Shown here in pieces: positions 57,144 to 64,000 of a stretch of 64,000 nucleotides of DNA. Position 1 is the first letter of the stretch. Every line of letters starts with the position of its first letter. Below the pieces are notes generated by a model, which saw nothing but the letters and a program-made list of their open reading frames with translations, made no database searches and was not told the origin of the DNA. Location of the stretch: contig JBEUKZ010000095.1 of NCBI GenBank assembly GCA_048128005.1, positions 1-64,000 of the forward strand. Direction: 5' to 3'. A program made the translations under genes and the position numbers. This stretch comes from Veleropilina oligotropha. Its lineage: Eukaryota.

Positions 57144-59524
57144 TTGTGCAGTACTTAATTAATTAAAGCCTATTTGAATTCCAAGTTAGTTCGTGTTTCG
57201 GTCAAGGGGAACAGGTAGATGGTCTATAGATCTTACTGGCGCTGGTGTTAAGGTGGTTAATGGGTGTACTGGCAAAGACAGATCAACAGGCAACTATACA
57301 TGTATGACCAGGCAAGGATCCAGCGTTGTTGATTACTTTATTGTTTCTCCCAATGTATGTATGTTAGTCAATGAATTTCAAGTGTATGATTTCAATGCTT
57401 TGTCTGATCGTGCAGCCATGTCTTGTAAATCTTTTGTAGATAAAAGAACTCGAAATATTCCATAATTGTCTAATATTAGGGGCACCTTTACCTGGCAACG
57501 TTCACCTGTGAAATGATGTCAGCGAGCTGTTTTTCCAAAACGAGGGTATTACTGTCTCGCACATTCTGCTACAATATTATTCATCCGGGGGACATCACGG
57601 AAATATAATTTATCGTACAGAAAAGCTCTATAAAACGATGTAAAACCTATTTTACGGCAGTGGACATTTAATATCTCTTCCGATCGGACAAGATTTTGAG
57701 CGGGTGAATTTATTTTGTAAGGTTATTGTACTACTTTATACTTATTATCGTGAGGTCCCAGTATAATATATTGTAAACTTTGATTTTGTATAAAAGATAT
57801 ATTTTATGACCAATTTTTTAGAAGGTCAAATAGTTTAATACTAATTATAGATCGTTTTGAATTGTTTTTTTCGCCGTCAAAGGATCCATCTCATTCATTT
57901 GGTTATAATTTAAAATTGTGTAACATCAAAAATGCGGATTGCGGATTAGTGCGAAAATTTCCGTAATTTCAGCCACTTATTGTGCTTTATATTATTATTT
58001 TCCGCAACTCAAAATTTTTAACGATTCAACTTTTTCATATAACCCTGACATGACGTCATCTAACTTGCACTTCCTTTAGCAAGTCATAAACAGCGAACAT
58101 AGCCGACAAGTGTTTGGTAGGAAATGAGTTCTAACTCTATTTTAGCGTATGGGTGAGTAATTAATTATAGTAATATATCTTCCATATGGTGACTGTTTTC
58201 ATCACAACACATCACCATCGTGTTGATTGTGAATTTAATACGATTTTTGTGTGCCATGGGTGTATGGAGCCGAATAGGTGCAAAAATTCTACATCCTACA
58301 TTCTTTATTCTACATCCATCATTCATCATGCTACATGGTAAAATACAAGGTGCAAAAATTCTACATCCTACATTCTTTATTCTACATCCTACATTCTTTA
58401 TTCTACATCCTACATTCTTTATTCTACATCCTATATTCTTTATTCTACATCCTACATTCTTTATTCTACATCCTACATTCTTTATTCTACATCCTATATT
58501 CTTTATTCTACATCCTACATTCTTTATTCTACATGATAAAAACGGTTATAGAATAAATATGTATACAGTTAGAAGCATATTAGCAGCTACAACTTGGAAC
58601 TCGCATGTTCGTGTTGGCATGTTGAGGCTACCATGTAGCATGATGAATGATGGATGTAGAATAAAGAATGTAGGATGTAGAATTTTTGCACCTATTCGGC
58701 GCCATACGTATTATGCTATCTCAATTCTTCCTGATAGATGGCGCTGCGGTGTTAAAGTGTGAAACTAACCGCTCCCTAGCTGTCACTCGTCGCTGAGAGC
58801 GAAGGTAATATCGGTATCATGTATATTATGTTTAACCTGTGACTGCTTAGTACTACTGACTCTTATATCAGTCACAGGTTAAACATAATATACACAGTGC
58901 TCGACAGTGCGACCACTTTGGTCGCGTTTGCGACTTGATTTTAACGTTTGCGACTTGATTTTAACGTTTGCGACCAAAAATAAATTCACAGTCGCATTGC
59001 GCGCGTATATATCGTTTTAGGCTGTGCGACCTATAAATAAATCCCAAATTAATCAGTGTATGACTTGCTATCCTTGCACATTTTATAGATTAAAACTATA
59101 AGGTATATATTAGTTATTCGATCGACTGATTATCCAAGTGAGGTTGTTGGTGACTTTCAGCGTTCCCGCATGCTTCGAGCAAGCTTATTCATTGCCATAT
59201 CCCAATCGGAGAATTGCTCGCAATACTCCGTCAAACATCGTGGCAACTGGCACAATATATCCCGAGAACTGACGGAAAATAACGAGCGTTCTACTTTTTG
59301 ACCTCAGCGTAAAGCCTATCGAAATCGCAATGCAATTTGAAGACTTCGCCGTTTCACGATATGTGACGTTATGTCGCAGTCAAATATATCCAAATTTGTT
59401 GTCTGTATGGCAGCGCAGTAATAAATCTGACACTGGCGAGAGTGAGTCTGAACAGAACAGCAATGGGAAATTTTCATTTCAATCAAAGTGGCTCCCTGAT
59501 GTATTGTAATTCAGTTTCCCAGAT

Positions 59525-59701
59525 CACAGTCCCCCGGACGACCCGTCACACATAAAAAAAAATGTATCGAAATCGCCAGGCAAATGCCCCAGATATTGAT
59601 TGCTATACAACATAGGTTGTATAGCAATCAATATCTGGGGAATTTGCCTGGCGATTTCGATACATTTTTTTTATGTGTGACGGGTCGTCCGGGGGACTGT
59701 G
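59525..59701. mobile_element. Palindromic MITE with 7-bp TSD (second copy ~61964-62143)
   Basis: cacagtccccc...gggggactgtg with cccagat on both flanks. Confidence 0.8.
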
Positions 59702-61245
59702 CCCAGATCACATGACATGATAAAATAAACTTTAAATTCAAGCGCGGATCCAGGGGGGGGTGCGCACCCGGCGCGCGCCCCCCCCCCACCCTAAAGTTGG
59801 CCAAGCATACTAAAATAATATGTATAATCTGATACAAATGACTTTCAGAACATTATAAATAGGCTAGCTGTTGCAATGTAATAATGCAGGTTGGGGATTT
59901 CACATCGTCAAAATTTTCTTGCGCGTGGGGTCGGACAATTCGATTATGACAAAATAAAATTAAAATTTGACTCGTTCTATTTGAGTGACGGTGGTTCATA
60001 AAAAGTTAGAATGAAATATCGCTTTTGCCCTGCCAGAGTGCAGGAGAGGGGGTTTCAAGCTGTTGATTCTTAAAATTTTCTTTCGCGCGGGGCCCCGCCC
60101 GCACGCGAACAGTTGATAATAAATTCAGCGCCCCCCCCTAAGAGAAATTGATTAATAATTTCCCTTGAATTGTCTTTATTCTGTTAATACTCTGAAGTTG
60201 AGTGTACATAGAGAGAAAGCAATTATACCGTTGTGCTTTCATAGCACATTACCTTCCATTAATTAATATTGCTATATATACAGGATTGCGCTGTCCAAAA
60301 CTATTGCTACCAAACTGCGCTCCTATATTTGAATGTGCGCTTCTAAATTTTAATCTGCGCTCCTAAATCTTAAAACTAAGGAGCGTTGCGCTCCTGGATT
60401 GAAAAGTGAGCGTAGAGCACTGATACATGATACCGATATTACCTTTCGTTCAACGAGGCTCTCAGCTATGGAGCCGAATAGGTGCAAAAATTCTACATCC
60501 TACATTCTTTATTCTACATCCTACATTCTTTATTCTACATCCTATATTCTTTATTCTACATCCTACATTCTTTATTCTACATCCTACATTCTTTATTCTA
60601 CATCCTATATTCTTTATTCTACATCCTACATTCTTTATTCTACATGATAAAAACGGTTATAGAATAAATATTTATACAGTTAGAAGCATATTAGCAGCTA
60701 CAACTTGGAACTCGCATGTTCGTGTTGGCATGTTGAGGCTACCATGTAGCATGATGGATGTAGAATAAAGAATGTTGGATGTAGAATTTTTGCACCTATT
60801 CGGCGCCATACGTATTATGCTATCTCAATTCTTCCTGATAGATGGCGCTGCGGTGTTAAAGTGTGAAACTAACCGCTCCCTAGCTGTCACTCGTCGCTGA
60901 GAGCGAAGGTAATATCGGTATCATGTATATTATGTTTAACCTGTGACTGCTTAGTACTACTCTTATATCAGTCACAGGTTAAACATAATATACACAGTGC
61001 TCGACAGTGCGACCACTTTGGTCGCGTTTGCGACTTGATTTTAACGTTTGCGACCAAAAATAAATTCAGTCGCATTGCGCGCGTATATCGTTTTAGGCTG
61101 TGCGACCTATAAATAAATCCCAAATTAATCAGTGTATGACTTGCTATCCTTGCACATTTTATAGATTAAAACTATAAGGTATATATTAGTTATTCGATCG
61201 ACTGATTATCCAAGTGAGGTTGTTAGTGACTTTCAGCGTTCCCGC

Positions 61246-61333
61246 CATCGTCGGCAACCCACGGCTAGTCTCATTTCGGTCCCCTGTTAATGTAGGGGAC
61301 CGAAATGAGACTAGCCGTGGGTTGCCGACGATG
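61246..61333. mobile_element. 88-bp palindromic insertion with 9-bp TSD (one mismatch)
   Basis: Absent from the paralogous copy at ~59165; flanks cgttcccgc and cgtccccgc. Confidence 0.8.
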
Positions 61334-61629
61334 CGTCCCCGCATGCTTCGAGCAAGCTTATTCATTGCCATATCCCAATCGGAGAATTGCTCGCAATACT
61401 CCGTCAAACATCGTGGCAACTGGCACAATATATCCCGAGAACTGACGGAAAATAACGAGCGTTCTACTTTTGACCTCAGCGTAAAGCCTATCGAAATCGC
61501 AATGCAATTTGAAGACTTCGCGGTTTCACGATATGTGACGTTATGTCGCAGTCAAATATATCCAAATTTTTTGTCTGTATGGCAGCGCAGTAATAAATCT
61601 GACACTGGCGAGAGTGAGTCTGAACAGAA

Positions 61630-61895
61630 TAGTGTGATCTCGCTGACGTCATCATCCGCCATGTTGGAGTACAAACAAATGCATCATGGCCGCTAGAAAA
61701 CGTGCAGCCATAGACAGCACAAAAGTTCACCATGGTGGCCAGGTTCAATACAAAGGATAGTGTTTGCCGTGAATTGCGAAAGCGTGACTGAATGTTGTTT
61801 ATGTCTTAAGCGTGCTTTGTTGACACGTGCAATGCTTTGTGTGTACTCCAACATGGCCGACCCTGGAAATCGTGACGTCACGCGAGATGACACTA
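61630..61895 (-). mobile_element. Short TIR element with THAP-domain remnant
   Basis: tagtgtgatctcgc...gcgagatgacacta ends; minus strand MVNFCAVYGC; absent from the paralogous copy at ~59460. Confidence 0.6.
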
Positions 61896-64000
61896 TAGCA
61901 AATGGGAAATTTTCATTTCAATCAAAGTGGCTCCCTGATGTATTGTAATTCAGTTTCCCAGATCACAGTCCCCCGGACGACCCGTCACACATAAAAAAAA
62001 ATGTATCGAAATCGCCAGGCAAATGCCCCAGATATTGATTGCTATGCAACATATATAGGTTGTATAGCAATCAATATCTGGGGAATTTGCCTGGCGATTT
62101 CGATACATTTTTTTTATGTGTGACGGGTCGTCCGGGGGACTGTGCCCAGATCACATGACATGATAAAATAAACTTTAAATTCAAGCGCGGATCCAGGGGG
62201 GGTGCGCACGCGGCGCGCGCCCCCACCCTAAAGTTGGCCAAGCATACTAAAATAATATGTATAATCTGATACAAATGACTTTCAGAACATTATAAATAGG
62301 CTAGCTGTTGCAATGTAATAATGCAGGTTGGGGATTTCACATCGTCAAAATTTTCTTGCGCGTGGGGTCGGACAATTCGATTATGACAAAATAAAATTAA
62401 AATTTGACTCGTTCTATTTGAGTGACGGTGGTTCATAAAAAGTTAGAATGAAATATCGCTTTTGCCCTGCCAGAGTGCAGGAGAGGGGGTTTCAAGCTGT
62501 TGATTCTTAAAATTTTCTTTCGCGTGGGGCCCCGCCCGCACGCGAACAGTTGATAATAAATTCAGCGCCCCCCCTAAGCGAAATTGATAAATAATTTCCC
62601 TTGAAATGTCTTTATTCTGTTAATACTCTGAAGTTGAGTGTACATAGAGAGAAAGCAATTATACCGTTGTGCTTTCATAGCACATTACCTTCCATTAATT
62701 AATATTGCTATATATACAGGATTGCGCTGTCCAAAACTATTGCTACCAAACTGCGCTCCTATATTTGAATGTGCGCTTCTAAATTTTAATCTGCGCTCCT
62801 AAATCTTAAAACTAAGGAGCGTTGCGCTCCTGGATTGAAAAGTGATCGTAGAGCACTGATACATGATACCGATATTACCTTTCGTTCAACGAGGCTCTCA
62901 GCGACGAGTGACAGCTAGGGAGCGGTTAGTTTCACACTTTAACACCGCAGCGCCATCTATCAGGAAGAATTGAGATAGCATAATACGTATGGCGCCGAAT
63001 AGGTGCAAAAATTCTACATCCTACATTCTTTATTCTACATCCATCATGCTACATGGTAGCCTCAACATGCCAACACGAACATGCGAGTTCCAAGTTGTAG
63101 CTGCTAATATGCTTCTAACTGTATACATATTTATTCTATAACCGTTTTTATCATGTAGAATAAAGAATGTAGGATGTAGAATAAAGAATATAGGATGTAG
63201 AATAAAGAATGTAGGATGTAGAATAAAGAATGTAGGATGTAGAATAAAGAATATAGGATGTAGAATAAAGAATGTAGGATGTAGAATAAAGAATGTAGGA
63301 TGTAGAATAAAGAATGTAGGATGTAGAATTTTTGCACCTTGTATTTTACCATGTAGCATGATGAATGATGGATGTAGAATAAAGAATGTAGGATGTAGAA
63401 TTTTTGCACCTATTCGGCTCCATATGGGTGTCCCTACTAATATCATTGATGTTGTAGAATCGAAAGCCGACAAGAGTGCCGCAGATTAAACTAAATTAGT
63501 AGTTGATAATATCACAAATATTTTTCAAGAATATGGCAGAAAAAATAACAAAAATAAGAAGAAGCGACAATCTGATAATTTACCGCCATGGTATAATACT
63601 AATGATTGTAAGATTAAAAGAAGCGAGTTTAATAAAGCTCGAACAAATACTATAAAACTAGAACCGACATCGATCGTATCAAATTCCTTGCGTTACGAAC
63701 GGAATAAAACAGAACCAAAAATGCAGCGTTGCGAAACCATAACACAAAAGAACGTAAAGAATTGATCCATGATGCAAAATATAATCCTAAAAAATTCTGG
63801 CAAAACATAAAAGGCCAATCTAATCTTAATATAATGGAGCTATAATTGTATGTGTGTGTGTCTGTCTGTCTGTCTGTCTGTTTCAAGTTGAACTCCTCCC
63901 AGACGCTTTGACCTAGGACCTTCAAACTTTGGGGGGTTAATCGGGGTCCCCCAAGGAAGGTTTACCACGAAAAAAATTCGGAAAATTCGGGAAAAAAAAA

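Larger units (their letters stand above)
48519..57241 (+). mobile_element. Ty3/Gypsy LTR retrotransposon, degenerate
   Basis: 176-bp LTRs, PBS, PPT, gag-PR-RT-RH-IN order. Confidence 0.92.
58263..63424. mobile_element. Foldback-like composite element with ~560-bp TIRs, 21-bp minisatellite and internal tandem duplication
   Basis: tatggagccgaataggtg...cacctattcggctccata ends; TGGGTG on both flanks; ttctacatcctacattcttta arrays; 58263-60466 duplicated at 60467-62900. Confidence 0.85.
48475..63830 (+). pseudogene. Fragmented LINE ORF2 remnant (APE endonuclease plus linker), interrupted by the Gypsy and foldback insertions
   Basis: NSFGMKLLDLCKTT (48476-48518) rejoins GVKVVNG...GNYTC...GSSVVDY (57245-57340); later PPWYN...KRSEFNKAR and NPKKFW (63580-63800). 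Confidence 0.65.

Noticed and set aside
58220..63473. LHPTFFI / FYILHSL repeat ORFs as proteins or CRISPR
   Set aside because: They are translations of a 21-bp minisatellite that is open in several frames inside TIRs.

Overview
This is AT-rich, repeat-dense animal genomic DNA, probably from a marine invertebrate such as a mollusc (inferred from the repeat types only). It holds five main things. (1) The right ~8 kb of an apparently intact Maverick/Polinton (1-8036): pPolB C-terminus, packaging ATPase, adenain protease, major and minor capsid proteins, integrase with chromodomain, a tandem PC4-like protein and an ACTACT terminus. (2) Four coding exons of a host cytosolic sulfotransferase (16662-37553). 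(3) In the last intron of that gene, a complete, GC-rich 15.3-kb Polinton-like endogenous virus (21488-36831) with ~200-bp TIRs ending G7...C7 and flanked by TATA. It encodes a DJR-type capsid, penton, ATPase and DDE integrase. In place of a canonical pPolB it has a reconstructable ~1150-aa polyprotein: OTU-like Cys/His region, B-family polymerase core, SF1 helicase and HNH. It also encodes a membrane protein starting with tandem PSAP and LYPxL motifs, and I found no adenain. This element is the most interesting feature. (4) A degenerate Ty3/Gypsy element with non-canonical CG...CG LTR ends, inserted in a LINE endonuclease remnant and itself carrying two insertions. (5) A 5.2-kb foldback element and many MITEs, HINE-like elements, SINE-like heads and microsatellites. 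All family assignments come from motif recognition by eye; no searches were run.
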